Positions 17,597 through 27,795 are shown, numbered from the stretch's first letter. The stretch is 28,687 bases of DNA from Oscillospiraceae bacterium (GCA_019416775.1 DXWR01000068.1:1-28687), one strand, 5' to 3'. Translations and numbers: made by a program. The notes: generated from the letters alone by a model not told the origin.

Positions 17597-18742
17597 TTAG
17601 CGCAGTTTCGCCAACCGCTGCATTCCTTCTTCCACCCGGCGGACCAGCTCTTCCATCTCTTCTTCCGTATTTTCCGGTCCCAGACCGATGCGCAGGGCGG
17701 TGTCCGCCTCCCGATCGGTTTTCCCCAGGGCTTTCAGCACATGGCTTTTCGCCCCTTTGGCGCAGGCGGAGCCGCTGGATACACAGATGCCGTACTGCTC
17801 CAAAAAGTGAAGATTCACTTCACTGCGGATATCCTTCACCGAAAAATTCAAAATATAGGGGACACAGTGCTCGTCGCTGTGGAAGATAATCCCCTCCAAC
17901 CGGCCAAGCCTCTCCCGCAGGCAGGCGTTTAACGCCTTATAGTGCTCCAGATGGGCGGGTGCGGTTTCCATCAGCCAGCCGGCCGACGCTGCAAAGGCGG
18001 CAATTTGAGGCATAGCCTCGGTACCCACCCGCAAATTTTTCTGCTGGTGCCCGCCGTAAAGCAGGGGAACCAAACGCACTCCCTTTTTCACCGCCAGCAG
18101 GCCCACTCCTTTGGGTGCATAAACTTTGTGTCCGCTGGCGGAAAACAGATCGATGCCGGATTTGCGGAAGGAAAAGGGGATCTTTAAAAACCCTTGAACC
18201 CCATCCACATGAAACAGCACTTCCGGATCCTTGCGCTTTACCGCTCTGGCAATCTCTTCCACCGGCAGCCGCAGTCCGGTTTCGTTGTTCACCAACATAA
18301 CACTGACCAGCGCCGTTTTTTCGTCCACCGCCTGGAAAAAATCCATGGGGTCAAATTGGCCGTTGGATTTCGGGGAGATGTACTCCACTTCGTATCCTTC
18401 CTGGGCCAGCTGTTTGGTGAGTTCCAGCACCGAAGCGTGCTCAATGGCGGTGGTGATCACTTTATTCCTCTGCCGCCGCCGGGCGGTTAACCCGCCTCGG
18501 ATGGCTAAATTGTTGCTTTCAGTGGCCCCGGAGGTGAAGTAGACCTCCTCTGGCTGACAGTCCAGCCCTTTGGCCAAAGTCTCCCGGGCGCTGCGGAACA
18601 CCTTTTCCGCCTGGTAACCCAGAAAGTGCAGGGAAGAGGGGTTTCCAAATTCTTCCTGCATCACATGCACCGCCGCCTCCACTGCCTGAGGGCAGACCTT
18701 GGTGGTGGCACAATGGTCCAGATAAATCAAAGGCTTGTTCAA
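17597..18742 (-). CDS. Cysteine desulfurase (NifZ/IscS-like partner of ThiI)
   Basis: YLDHCATT, GNPSSLH, FTSGATESNN, PLP lysine SGHK, catalytic SSGSAC; directly upstream of thiI; TTG start. Confidence 0.93.
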   Translation of the reverse strand: MNKPLIYLDHCATTKVCPQAVEAAVHVMQEEFGNPSSLHFLGYQAEKVFRSARETLAKGLDCQPEEVYFTSGATESNNLAIRGGLTARRRQRNKVITTAIEHASVLELTKQLAQEGYEVEYISPKSNGQFDPMDFFQAVDEKTALVSVMLVNNETGLRLPVEEIARAVKRKDPEVLFHVDGVQGFLKIPFSFRKSGIDLFSASGHKVYAPKGVGLLAVKKGVRLVPLLYGGHQQKNLRVGTEAMPQIAAFAASAGWLMETAPAHLEHYKALNACLRERLGRLEGIIFHSDEHCVPYILNFSVKDIRSEVNLHFLEQYGICVSSGSACAKGAKSHVLKALGKTDREADTALRIGLGPENTEEEMEELVRRVEEGMQRLAKLR

Positions 18743-18838
18743 CTTTTCACGTCGTCCCTTTCACTGTTGGTGGTGATTTCAACTTCTCATTATACAGGAT
18801 TGCCGGGAAAATTTCCACCGCTATCGGTGAATTTTCCG

Positions 18839-18867
18839 GTATATTTTTCAATTTTCCTCCCATACTA
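18839..18867 (+). promoter_or_regulatory. Forespore sigmaG-type promoter of ypeB
   Basis: GTATA (18839-18843), 17 bp, CATACTA (18861-18867); matches the sigmaG consensus GHATR-N17/18-CATWHTA. Confidence 0.75.
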
Positions 18868-18897
18868 GGAGAAAATGATGATATGGGAGGAAGCCCT

Positions 18898-20247
18898 ATG
18901 AACCTTCATCTGGACCGGCGCTGTTTGATACGGCTGATTATCTTCGCCATTGCCATTCCAGCGGTGCTGGTCACCTATCTCTGCATGAATTATGCCCGGG
19001 CCGTCTCAGCGGAAAACGCCCTGGAAAGCAGCTATCTAAAAAACATCAGCAACCTGTCCGCCTATCTGGAAAACCTGGACAACGCCCTAACCAAAACCAT
19101 GTACTGCGGCACCGCTACCGCCTTTGGGGAAATGACCGCCACAGTTTGGCGGGAAGCGGGCTTTGCCAAAGACGCCTTAGCCAGTCTGCCCCTGTCCGAA
19201 CTGAATCTGGAAAACAGCTACAAGCTGCTGAGCCAGGTGGGGGACTATGCGGTGAGCTTAAACAAAACCGTTTCCCAAGGCCAAGACCTGTCCCAGGAAC
19301 AGATTGACCAGCTCTACACCTTAAAGGACTACACCCAATCTATGCGCAGCGAAATCATTCTTATTGAGGACCAGATCCGCACCGGGGCCATTTCACTAAA
19401 AAAGGTGAGCAATGCCGTTTCGAACTCCTCCGGCCAGGAGGCTCTGACCTTGGATAACTCTGCGGAAGAAATGGAAGAAAGCCTCTCCGACTACCCCACT
19501 CTAATCTATGACGGTCCCTTTTCGGATCATATCAACTCCTCCACCCCGCGGATGGTCCAGAATCAGCCGGAAATCTCCAAAGAGCAAGCCCTGGAAAAAG
19601 CCGCCGCCATCACCGGACTGTCCGCCGAGGAACTAACCGATCAAGGGGACACAGCCGGACATCTTCCCTGCTACAACTTCGGCAACGGAGAAGTCTCCAT
19701 TGCCATCACCAAACAAGGCGGCTATCTTCATTATTTGATGAACAGCCGCATCCCTCAAGGCAGTGCTATTTCAGCAGAAGACGCCGTGGCCATTGGGGCT
19801 GAGTGGCTGACCAAGCAAGGCTACGATTCCATGCAGGATAGTTACTATGAAATCAACGGCAATCGAATTACCATCAACTACGCCTACGCCCAAAACGGCT
19901 CCATTCTTTGCTATCCCGATTTGATTAAACTCACTATCGCCCTGGACAATGGGGAAGTGCTGGAAGCAGAGGCCAGCGGCTATCTGGTCAATCATCAACA
20001 GCGACTGGAACTTACCCCCTCCCTCTCTGCACAGCAGGCGGCGGAATCGTTGAGCTCTCTCTTGACAGTAGAGAATTCCCGGTTGGTGGTGATCCCCACC
20101 AGTGCGCAAAAAGAAGTATTCTGCTGGGAATTTTCCTGTACCTCCCCAAAAGAGGAACAAGTCCTGGTGTATATCAACGCCCAAACTGGAGCTGAAGAAC
20201 AGATCTTGGTGGTGTACACCGATGAAAACGGCACATTGACTATGTAA
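18898..20247 (+). CDS. ypeB: Spore germination protein YpeB (PepSY domains)
   Basis: N-terminal TM; VWREAGFAKDALASLP, LLSQVGDYA, YPTLIYDGPFSDHI, YPDLIKLTIALDNGEV, VYINAQTGAEE. RBS GGGAGG before ATG 18898. Confidence 0.92.
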   Translation: MNLHLDRRCLIRLIIFAIAIPAVLVTYLCMNYARAVSAENALESSYLKNISNLSAYLENLDNALTKTMYCGTATAFGEMTATVWREAGFAKDALASLPLSELNLENSYKLLSQVGDYAVSLNKTVSQGQDLSQEQIDQLYTLKDYTQSMRSEIILIEDQIRTGAISLKKVSNAVSNSSGQEALTLDNSAEEMEESLSDYPTLIYDGPFSDHINSSTPRMVQNQPEISKEQALEKAAAITGLSAEELTDQGDTAGHLPCYNFGNGEVSIAITKQGGYLHYLMNSRIPQGSAISAEDAVAIGAEWLTKQGYDSMQDSYYEINGNRITINYAYAQNGSILCYPDLIKLTIALDNGEVLEAEASGYLVNHQQRLELTPSLSAQQAAESLSSLLTVENSRLVVIPTSAQKEVFCWEFSCTSPKEEQVLVYINAQTGAEEQILVVYTDENGTLTM

Positions 20248-20251
20248 ACGC

Positions 20252-20292
20252 AAAAAGAACGCACTCTGTTATCAGCAGTGCGTTCTTTTTTT
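20252..20292. terminator. Bidirectional intrinsic terminator
   Basis: AAAAAGAACGCACT...AGTGCGTTCTTTTTT between ypeB and the convergent ABC operon. Confidence 0.9.
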
Positions 20293-20313
20293 ATGGTATC
20301 ATATCGGGGGAGA

Positions 20314-21813
20314 TCACCAGTTCATGTTCACTTCTTCGCCGTTCAACAATTTTTGCAGCTCCGACTGCACCTTGTTGGTAAAGCTGGTAGAAGTAGTTAC
20401 CGCTTTGGCGCCGTTTACCGACACTACCACCGTCCGGTTGCCCACATCGTAGTAATCCACAGTATCCTTGGAACCGTCAGTGTACTGATAGGTCACCGTC
20501 ATAATAGGATCGGAAGTAACTTCGCTGCGGTTGACGGCATTGGCCTGGCAGGACATCACCAACTGATACCAGGTGGCAAAGTTGTCGCTGTCCAATACTG
20601 TGCCGTTATACTCTGCGCGGGTCTTGGTGGTAGCTTGACCGTTGTAATTGGTTTCGCCGGTGGCTACCTGGGAAAGCTGGAAGGAGTATTCGTTTCCGCC
20701 GAAGGAAATGCTCATGGCGGAGACGTTTTGAATATAAGGCACCAACGGAATGGGGGAAACAAGATCGTCGGCGGTGTAGCTCACCCAGGGCAGCAGCTCT
20801 TGATCTACCACATACACCAGGGGACTGCCGTCCCGCATGACGTAGCGGCAGGCTGTGCTGCCGGAAGTGACTTCATTGCCGATGGTCAGTTGAACGCCGG
20901 TGTCGTCCCAGCTCATAGAAACTTCTGCTGCCGGAGAAGCCAGGCCATATTCTTCCAACTGCTGCTGGGTGGGGTTGGAGGCCACCACGTCTTCTGCTTC
21001 AGAGCCAAAGATATTGAAGAGCAGATCGGCTTCCAGATCGGGATCCACCAAAGTGACCACCGGGCTGGTAAGTTCATACCGGCTGGCCACTGCCGTCAAG
21101 GTATCGTCACCGTATTTGGAGGTATCGGTGGGGGCCACTACAATATCCTCCGGCAGATCGGGACGATGAATGGTCAGATTGGTAATCACCGGGTCTTCTT
21201 CGGAACTGTACGCTTCCAGCAGGGTCCGATCTAAATAGGTATTGGGGTTAACGTCCAGCGTGGTGGAAAGGGAATTGGCCACTGCATACAGAGCCGGATC
21301 CCCCTCCAACATACAGTACTGTCCGGTAATGCCGGAAGTAGCGCTGCCGATGTACATGGTGTACACTCTTCCCCCATAAGAACCGGTCACAGTAGTGGTG
21401 GGGGTGGTCAAACCGTAAGTGGACAAATCCATGCCGGTGGTATCCTCAAACACAACGTCCAAATAGGTGGCATTGGTAAAAGTGCTCACTGCCGTGCGGA
21501 TGGTGTAGCGGTCCAGGGGCAGATCATCATAACCGTCCATGGTATAGGCAAAGCTGGCCCCTTCCTCCAAATCATCGGAAGAGCGGACAGTATAGCTGCC
21601 GTTGGCGCCCTGGACAGTGAGGTATTCCAGATCGTCCACGTTTTCGTCGATCAAACCGTTGTCCACTTCGTCTTCCACCAAAGCAGAAGTTAGGTCGCTG
21701 GTGGTGCCGTCGGTATTTTGCTGCTGGCTCAGCACCAACAACACAATCAAAGCCGCCACCAGAACTACCACGCAAACCCCGGCAATGATTAAATTGCGGA
21801 CTTTTTTACTCAT
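20314..21813 (-). CDS. DUF4340-like membrane-anchored extracytoplasmic protein
   Basis: Single N-terminal TM; repeated L..YGL..P motif (LSTYGLTTP, LEEYGLASP); last gene of a GldAFG-like operon. Confidence 0.75.
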   Translation of the reverse strand: MSKKVRNLIIAGVCVVVLVAALIVLLVLSQQQNTDGTTSDLTSALVEDEVDNGLIDENVDDLEYLTVQGANGSYTVRSSDDLEEGASFAYTMDGYDDLPLDRYTIRTAVSTFTNATYLDVVFEDTTGMDLSTYGLTTPTTTVTGSYGGRVYTMYIGSATSGITGQYCMLEGDPALYAVANSLSTTLDVNPNTYLDRTLLEAYSSEEDPVITNLTIHRPDLPEDIVVAPTDTSKYGDDTLTAVASRYELTSPVVTLVDPDLEADLLFNIFGSEAEDVVASNPTQQQLEEYGLASPAAEVSMSWDDTGVQLTIGNEVTSGSTACRYVMRDGSPLVYVVDQELLPWVSYTADDLVSPIPLVPYIQNVSAMSISFGGNEYSFQLSQVATGETNYNGQATTKTRAEYNGTVLDSDNFATWYQLVMSCQANAVNRSEVTSDPIMTVTYQYTDGSKDTVDYYDVGNRTVVVSVNGAKAVTTSTSFTNKVQSELQKLLNGEEVNMNW

Positions 21814-21814
21814 G

Positions 21815-23314
21815 TTACTTTCTCCTCCGCATCAGCCAGAAGGTAAAGCCGCCAGCCAGTGCCGCCAACGGAATCACAATCATAAAGATCACAAAGGTGG
21901 TAATCGCTGCCGCATTGCTGGCGTTGAAGGTTTCGCTGGTAAAGCTTACAGACGAAATGTTGATGCCGCCTTCCTGGCCGGTGAGGTCATTGATTAAATC
22001 CACCATGTATTCGTTGTTGTTGTACCGGGCATCGCTGATGACGCTGTCTGCCAGCAAGCCGTCGCTGCCCAGCACAATCACATTGGAAGTAATGGGGGTC
22101 AAGCCGTCATACCGGGTTTTTTGAGACAGCACTGCTGCGTTGTAGGTACCCACATGGTTTTGGACATAAGCGTTAGCGTCTTCCGTTTCGGAATAAGGCA
22201 CAAGAGAAGTGGTTTCGGTGCTCTGAATCAAAGAGGTGGTGGTAATGTTATCCTGGGTTTCAAACAGCAGATTCACCGGACGGGTATACATACCGATAAA
22301 GGGGAGGGTGCTGTCCCGCAGAGCAGCGGTGTGGTCTTCATCTACAATGTTCATGCCCATCACATAATTATTGTTGTAGGCATTGTTGTTGTCGGTTTCA
22401 TACATCATACCGTCCAAGCTCACTTCAATGCCCCACTCCGCCAAATAGGCATCCAGATTGGGGGTAATGGAGTTCACCGCACCAGTAGCATCATCAGTAC
22501 TTACCTGTTGAAAATTAGCTATGTAAAGCAGAGTTTTACCGAAATTGCCGCCGTTGGTCAAAAAGGCGTCGATCTGCTCCAATTCCGCATCGGTGTAATC
22601 CACCATGGGAGCGCAGATCACTACCAAATCATAGGAATCGTCCAAAGTAGTGGAAGCTAAATCCACATCGGTCATTTGGTAGTTGTTGTCCTCCAGGATG
22701 GTATTGAGGCCGGCAGAAGTGGTTTCGCTGTGGCCGGTGATTACGGCGCAGTTGGTGAGCTCATTGGCAGACACATAGCTGATCGCGCTGGTCATTACCT
22801 GTTCTGCATCGGAGAAGTACTGATAGCTGGTGTAATCGTCGTTGTATTCCGCTACCACCAGTTCGGAAGGGTCTACCACCCGGATCCGCTGAGCGCTTTC
22901 CACAATGATGTCTGCTTCCGACAGGTTGTAGTCGGCATAATTAGCGGAAAAGCTGGGGTCTTCCATCAGGTCCACATACCGCACAGTAATGTGACTGCTG
23001 TATTGGGCGTACTGCTTGATGATTTCGTTGGCCTGATAGTAATACCCATTGGCATCGGAATTGGCAAATTCATTTTCATTCATGCAGACGGTGATGGTAA
23101 TGTCTTCATCCAAACCCTGCACATATTGAATAGATTGTTCTCCCAATTGAAACCGGCTGTCATCGGTAAGATCCACGCTGCTGGGGAACAGCCCCAACAA
23201 CACTCCCACAATCACATTCACCAAGATCACCGCAACCACCACTACAATGGTGATGATGGTGGACATGGTGCCGTGCTTGAACCGGCGGGAGGATAGAAAT
23301 TTCGGTTTGTTCAT
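21815..23314 (-). CDS. GldG-family ABC transporter auxiliary component (GIFT-like extracellular domain)
   Basis: N- and C-terminal TM helices; DLTDDSRFQL, ITGHSE, APMVDYT..ELEQIDAFLTNGG, C-terminal WLMRRRK. Confidence 0.85.
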   Translation of the reverse strand: MNKPKFLSSRRFKHGTMSTIITIVVVVAVILVNVIVGVLLGLFPSSVDLTDDSRFQLGEQSIQYVQGLDEDITITVCMNENEFANSDANGYYYQANEIIKQYAQYSSHITVRYVDLMEDPSFSANYADYNLSEADIIVESAQRIRVVDPSELVVAEYNDDYTSYQYFSDAEQVMTSAISYVSANELTNCAVITGHSETTSAGLNTILEDNNYQMTDVDLASTTLDDSYDLVVICAPMVDYTDAELEQIDAFLTNGGNFGKTLLYIANFQQVSTDDATGAVNSITPNLDAYLAEWGIEVSLDGMMYETDNNNAYNNNYVMGMNIVDEDHTAALRDSTLPFIGMYTRPVNLLFETQDNITTTSLIQSTETTSLVPYSETEDANAYVQNHVGTYNAAVLSQKTRYDGLTPITSNVIVLGSDGLLADSVISDARYNNNEYMVDLINDLTGQEGGINISSVSFTSETFNASNAAAITTFVIFMIVIPLAALAGGFTFWLMRRRK

Positions 23315-23334
23315 AGCGTTTTGTTCTCCCTCCA

Positions 23335-24036
23335 TTAACTCCAGCGGCGGCGCTCCAACACCCGCACCGACAGGAAATTAAAGATAAAAATGACGCTGGC
23401 AAAAAAGATCACATTGCCGAAGTCCAGAATTCCGTTGGTGAATTCACTGTAACGGCTGGTAAAGCTGATGGAACTGAGGACATTCTGCGCCCAGCTCCAA
23501 GGCACGGCGGTGACGAAATAGTCCAGCATATAGAAGAACAGGATCACTGCAAAGCTGATGATGGCGGCGGCCAGTTGGGACTGGGTCATGGTAGAGATAA
23601 ACAGGCCGATGGAGATGAAAGCGCCGCCCATCAAAATCAAACCGACCAGGTTGCCGATAAAGATGGACACCTGGGGAGTGGCAAAGGAACCAAGCACAAT
23701 GAAGTCCACTAATGTCATAGCCATGCCCACACCGAACAGGGCCATTGCCGCCAAGAACTTGCCCCAGATAATACCGGACAAGCTCACCGGCGCGGTGAGC
23801 AGGGCTTGGTCGGTTTTCATTCTGGTTTCTTCACTCATCAGCCGCATGGTCAACACCGGGATGCAGATCATCAGCACCATCATCATGTTGGAAAAGATGT
23901 AGGAAATCATGTTCACTCCGGCACTGATTAACACAAACAAGTTCAACCCGCAAAAAAACCAGAAGATGGCCAAGAAAACCCATCCAATGGGATTTTTAAA
24001 GTAAGCGAAAAACTCCCGCTTAAAGATCGCTGTCAT
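23335..24036 (-). CDS. GldF-like ABC-2 permease
   Basis: MTAIFKREFFAYFKNPIGW, PVLTMRLMSEETRMKTDQALLTAPVS...GKFLA; about 6 TM segments. Confidence 0.9.
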   Translation of the reverse strand: MTAIFKREFFAYFKNPIGWVFLAIFWFFCGLNLFVLISAGVNMISYIFSNMMMVLMICIPVLTMRLMSEETRMKTDQALLTAPVSLSGIIWGKFLAAMALFGVGMAMTLVDFIVLGSFATPQVSIFIGNLVGLILMGGAFISIGLFISTMTQSQLAAAIISFAVILFFYMLDYFVTAVPWSWAQNVLSSISFTSRYSEFTNGILDFGNVIFFASVIFIFNFLSVRVLERRRWS

Positions 24037-25085
24037 TTGCTTTCTTCCTCCTTCTCATCCTTGGGACCGAAGAGCTTGCGGAATTTGCTTTTCTCTTCCG
24101 GGGCATTTTGCTGTTCTTCCTTCCGGTTTTCCCGAGCAATAGATTGGGCTACCGCGGGATCGGTGAGGCGGATAAAGATGTCCTCCAGGTTCATGGCGTT
24201 GTGCTTAAATTCCAGCATAGGCCAATCCCGTTCTCGGAGCAGTTCAAATACATCCTCCCGAATATCCTGGTTTTCTTTGGGCTGAAGCAAAAACTCATAG
24301 ACACCCTGTTCTTTTTGACCATGGGGACGGACGCTATCCATCTTTTCCAAACGGCTCAACGCAGTCAAGGCATCGGTTTGAGGAGCCTTCACCCGTAGGG
24401 TGTAGCGCTTGTCCTTGCTGAGTTTTTCCGAAAGGTTGCGCTCGGTGTCGTCCGCTACAATAACGCCCTGATTGATGATGATCACCCGGTCGCACACCGA
24501 CTGCACTTCACTCAAAATGTGGGTGGAGAGGATGACGGTGTGGTTGCGGCTGAGAGACTTAATCAGGCTGCGGATCTCAATAATCTGGTTGGGGTCCAGA
24601 CCCACAGTAGGTTCGTCCAGAATCAGCACTTCCGGATTGCCGATCAAGGCTTGGGCAATGCCCACCCGCTGTTTGTAACCTTTGGACAGGTTAGCAATGA
24701 GACGGTCCTTCACATGGCTGATCTTCACCATACCACACACCGTATCCAGATGCTTGGCCTTGTTGGCGGTTTTGGCTTTTTTCAGCTCATAGATAAAATT
24801 TAAGTACTCCCACACGGTCATATCCGGATAGAGAGGGGGCAGTTCCGGCAGATAGCCGATGCACTTTTTGGCTTCAGTGGGCTCTTCCAGGATCTCGTGA
24901 CCGTCGATCAGCACACGGCCTTCTGTAGCGCTGAGATACCCGGTGAGGATGTTCATGGTCGTGGATTTCCCGGCGCCGTTGGGACCTAGAAAACCGACGA
25001 TTTCGCCTTTTCCCACCGAAAAGGAGATCCGATCCACCGCCAGCTTGGAGCCGTAGCGCTTGGTCAGACCTTGAATTTCGATCAT
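24033..25085 (-). CDS. GldA-like ABC transporter ATP-binding protein (350 aa)
   Basis: Walker A GPNGAGKST, signature LSKGYKQR, Walker B ILDEPT, switch STH; ATG 25085 behind GGAGG; ATGA overlap with the permease. Confidence 0.93.
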   Translation of the reverse strand: MIEIQGLTKRYGSKLAVDRISFSVGKGEIVGFLGPNGAGKSTTMNILTGYLSATEGRVLIDGHEILEEPTEAKKCIGYLPELPPLYPDMTVWEYLNFIYELKKAKTANKAKHLDTVCGMVKISHVKDRLIANLSKGYKQRVGIAQALIGNPEVLILDEPTVGLDPNQIIEIRSLIKSLSRNHTVILSTHILSEVQSVCDRVIIINQGVIVADDTERNLSEKLSKDKRYTLRVKAPQTDALTALSRLEKMDSVRPHGQKEQGVYEFLLQPKENQDIREDVFELLRERDWPMLEFKHNAMNLEDIFIRLTDPAVAQSIARENRKEEQQNAPEEKSKFRKLFGPKDEKEEESK

Positions 25086-25138
25086 GGTTCTTTCCTCCAT
25101 TTTGCTAAACTTTGTGAGTTTGCACAAATACAGCTTAT

Positions 25139-25167
25139 ACTATAGCACAATTTCCGGCGATTGGAAA
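25139..25167 (-). promoter_or_regulatory. Putative promoter of the Gld-like ABC operon
   Basis: Minus strand TTTCCA, 17 bp, TGcTATAGT (extended -10). Confidence 0.5.
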
Positions 25168-25228
25168 GCAGTTATTTTGCAAGATTTATGAACAAATTGT
25201 GAATGAACCATGGAAAATTTAGAACTGC

Positions 25229-25257
25229 TTGACAATTCTTTTCAGCGCTATTATAAT
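25229..25257 (+). promoter_or_regulatory. Consensus sigmaA promoter of greA-lysS
   Basis: TTGACA (25229-25234), 17 bp, TATAAT (25252-25257). Confidence 0.9.
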
Positions 25258-25330
25258 GTATCTATTATTCAACCCGGCTTTTTTCCCAAAAGGCCGGGAA
25301 TTTCTTGTAATGCAAAGCGAGGGAACCGCC

Positions 25331-25822
25331 ATGGCCGAACGGGAATATCAGATAACACAGGAAAGCTACAACAAGCTGGTAGCGGAACTGGAGGAAATGA
25401 AAAGCGTCAAGCGCAAAGAGGTCAGCGAAAAAATCAAAGTTGCCCGCTCCTTCGGCGATTTGTCGGAAAACAGCGAATACGACGAAGCCATGAATGAACA
25501 GGGCATCCTGGAAGCCCAGATTAAAGAAAAAGAAGCGTTTCTTAACCATGTGGTAGTGGTCAGTGAAGAGGACATCACCACCGACAAAGTAGGACTGGGT
25601 ATCGAAGCCACGGTGAAAAACATCGACCGAGACCGGATTCAAGTGTTCCGTCTGGTCAGCTCCAACGAAGTAGACCCCACCGGCGAAGTAAAGTATATCA
25701 GCGAAGACTCCCCCGTGGGCAAAGCTCTAGTAGGCCACAAAGTAGGGGACCTCTGTGAAGCAGAACTTCCCGGCGGACGGATCGCCAAATATGAAATTTT
25801 AGAGCTCAAGCGCAGCAATTAA
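25331..25822 (+). CDS. greA: Transcription elongation factor GreA (163 aa)
   Basis: [29 protein letters not shown]; upstream of lysS as commonly seen in Clostridia. Confidence 0.96.
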   Translation: MAEREYQITQESYNKLVAELEEMKSVKRKEVSEKIKVARSFGDLSENSEYDEAMNEQGILEAQIKEKEAFLNHVVVVSEEDITTDKVGLGIEATVKNIDRDRIQVFRLVSSNEVDPTGEVKYISEDSPVGKALVGHKVGDLCEAELPGGRIAKYEILELKRSN

Positions 25823-25853
25823 GCAGCAAAAACAGGAAGAGGGAATCAACAAG

Positions 25854-27380
25854 ATGAATCAAACGCAGCAGCCCCAGCTCAGCGACCTGTTGCAGGTGCG
25901 CCGGGAAAAGCTGGATCAGCTCCGCCAGGCCGGATTGGACCCATTTGTCCAGACCAGCTACCCGGTGGACACCCATGCCAAAGACATCACCGACCACTAT
26001 GACCAGTACGAAGGCAAAACCGTCTCCCTGGCAGGACGGATGATGTCCAAACGGGTGATGGGCAAAGCCAGCTTTTCGGATTTACAGGACGGCAGCGGCC
26101 GGATGCAGCTCTTTGTGGGACGGGACAACCTGGGAACCGAATCCTATCAATGGTTTAAGAAATACGACATCGGAGACATCATCGGCGTACAGGGCGAAGT
26201 ATTCACCACCAAAACCGGTCAGATTTCGGTGCGGGTGCACCAAATGACCCTGTTGAGCAAGTCACTTCAACCTCTGCCGGAAAAGTTCCACGGTTTGACC
26301 AACACCGATCAACGCTACCGCCAGCGGTACGTGGACCTGATTATGAACCCCGAAGTCCGCGATACCTTCATCAAGCGCTCTCAGATCATCTCCGCCATCC
26401 GGACCTATTTGGCGGGAGAAGACTTCATGGAAGTAGAAACTCCTATCCTGGTCAACAACGCCGGAGGCGCCGCTGCCCGTCCCTTTGAAACCCACTTCAA
26501 CGCCCTCAACGAAGATCTGAAACTGCGGATCTCCTTGGAGCTGTATTTGAAGCGGCTGATTGTAGGTGGTTTAGAACGGGTCTATGAAATCGGCCGGGTG
26601 TTTCGCAACGAAGGCTTGGATACCCGCCACAACCCGGAATTCACCTTGATGGAGCTGTATCAATCTTACACCGACTACCACGGTATGATGGACTTGACGG
26701 AAAACCTCTACCGTTATGTGGCCAAGACGGTGCTGGGCACCACCACCATCACCTATAACGGGGTGGAAATGGATCTGGGTAAACCCTTCAAGCGGATCAC
26801 TATGGTGGACGCCGTCAAGGAATACTCCGGCGTGGACTTCAACGAAATCCACACCTTGGAAGAAGCCCGGGCCGTGGCCAAGGAAAAGGGTATCGAATAC
26901 GAAGAACGCCATCAGAAAGGGGACATCCTCAACCTCTTCTTCGAAGAATTTGTGGAATCCCATCTGATCCAGCCCACCTTTGTGATGGATCACCCCATTG
27001 AAATCTCCCCCTTGACCAAGAAGAAGCCGGATAACCCGGACTATGTAGAACGGTTTGAGTTCTTCTTAAACGGCTGGGAGATGGCCAACGCCTACTCGGA
27101 GCTCAACGACCCCATCGACCAGCGCCAGCGGTTTGCCGCCCAGGAAGAACTGTTTGCCCAAGGAGACGAAGAAGCCAACCACACCGATGAGGACTTCCTC
27201 AACGCTCTGGAAATCGGGATGCCCCCTACCGGCGGCATCGGATTTGGCATTGACCGGATGTGTATGATCTTCACCGATTCTCCCGCTATCCGGGACGTGC
27301 TGCTGTTCCCGACCATGAAAACCTTAAAGGATGGCAGCGAAGCCAACGATTCCGACGAAGAAGCCCAAACAGAAGAATAA
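25854..27380 (+). CDS. lysS: Lysine--tRNA ligase (class II)
   Basis: OB fold, [43 protein letters not shown]. Confidence 0.98.
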   Translation: MNQTQQPQLSDLLQVRREKLDQLRQAGLDPFVQTSYPVDTHAKDITDHYDQYEGKTVSLAGRMMSKRVMGKASFSDLQDGSGRMQLFVGRDNLGTESYQWFKKYDIGDIIGVQGEVFTTKTGQISVRVHQMTLLSKSLQPLPEKFHGLTNTDQRYRQRYVDLIMNPEVRDTFIKRSQIISAIRTYLAGEDFMEVETPILVNNAGGAAARPFETHFNALNEDLKLRISLELYLKRLIVGGLERVYEIGRVFRNEGLDTRHNPEFTLMELYQSYTDYHGMMDLTENLYRYVAKTVLGTTTITYNGVEMDLGKPFKRITMVDAVKEYSGVDFNEIHTLEEARAVAKEKGIEYEERHQKGDILNLFFEEFVESHLIQPTFVMDHPIEISPLTKKKPDNPDYVERFEFFLNGWEMANAYSELNDPIDQRQRFAAQEELFAQGDEEANHTDEDFLNALEIGMPPTGGIGFGIDRMCMIFTDSPAIRDVLLFPTMKTLKDGSEANDSDEEAQTEE

Positions 27381-27386
27381 CAAAAT

Positions 27387-27421
27387 TACCCCAGTGGATA
27401 ATGTTCCGTTGGGGTATCTTC
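27387..27421 (+). terminator. Hairpin / probable weak terminator after lysS
   Basis: TACCCCAGTGGA...TCCGTTGGGGTA followed by only TCTTC. Confidence 0.55.
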
Positions 27422-27449
27422 ATATCAAGCAAAAATAGGAGAAATCACC

Positions 27450-27782
27450 ATGATCATCGAACACAATCCCAAAGAATTGGCCGCCATGGAAGAATTTCAC
27501 AAGGGCAACCGGCAAAAGGGGCTGGAATTGCAGGAAGAATTTGCCGCAGCTTTCCGGGAGGAATACAAAGAAAAGGATCACTGCCCCTGCCAAAAAGCCT
27601 GCCGCTACCACGGCAACTGCAAGGAATGCGTGGCCATTCACCGGGCTCATCAGGAACACGTCCCCAACTGCATGCGCCCCATCCTCAACCAAAAGATCAA
27701 GCTGCTGTCCCAGCTCACAGAACACACCATTGCAGAGGAAATCCAGCCTCCCAGGGAAGTGCTGCGGAAAGAATTTTTATGA
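27450..27782 (+). CDS. Small Cys/His-rich putative metal-binding protein (110 aa)
   Basis: RBS AGGAG; motif CPC-x3-C-x2-HG-x-C-x2-C-x3-H-x8-C. Confidence 0.8.
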   Translation: MIIEHNPKELAAMEEFHKGNRQKGLELQEEFAAAFREEYKEKDHCPCQKACRYHGNCKECVAIHRAHQEHVPNCMRPILNQKIKLLSQLTEHTIAEEIQPPREVLRKEFL

Positions 27783-27795
27783 CCTCCCGGCAAAA

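Noticed and set aside
20278..21234. 318-aa plus-strand ORF
   Set aside because: Antisense to the DUF4340-like gene, starts inside a terminator, no motif.
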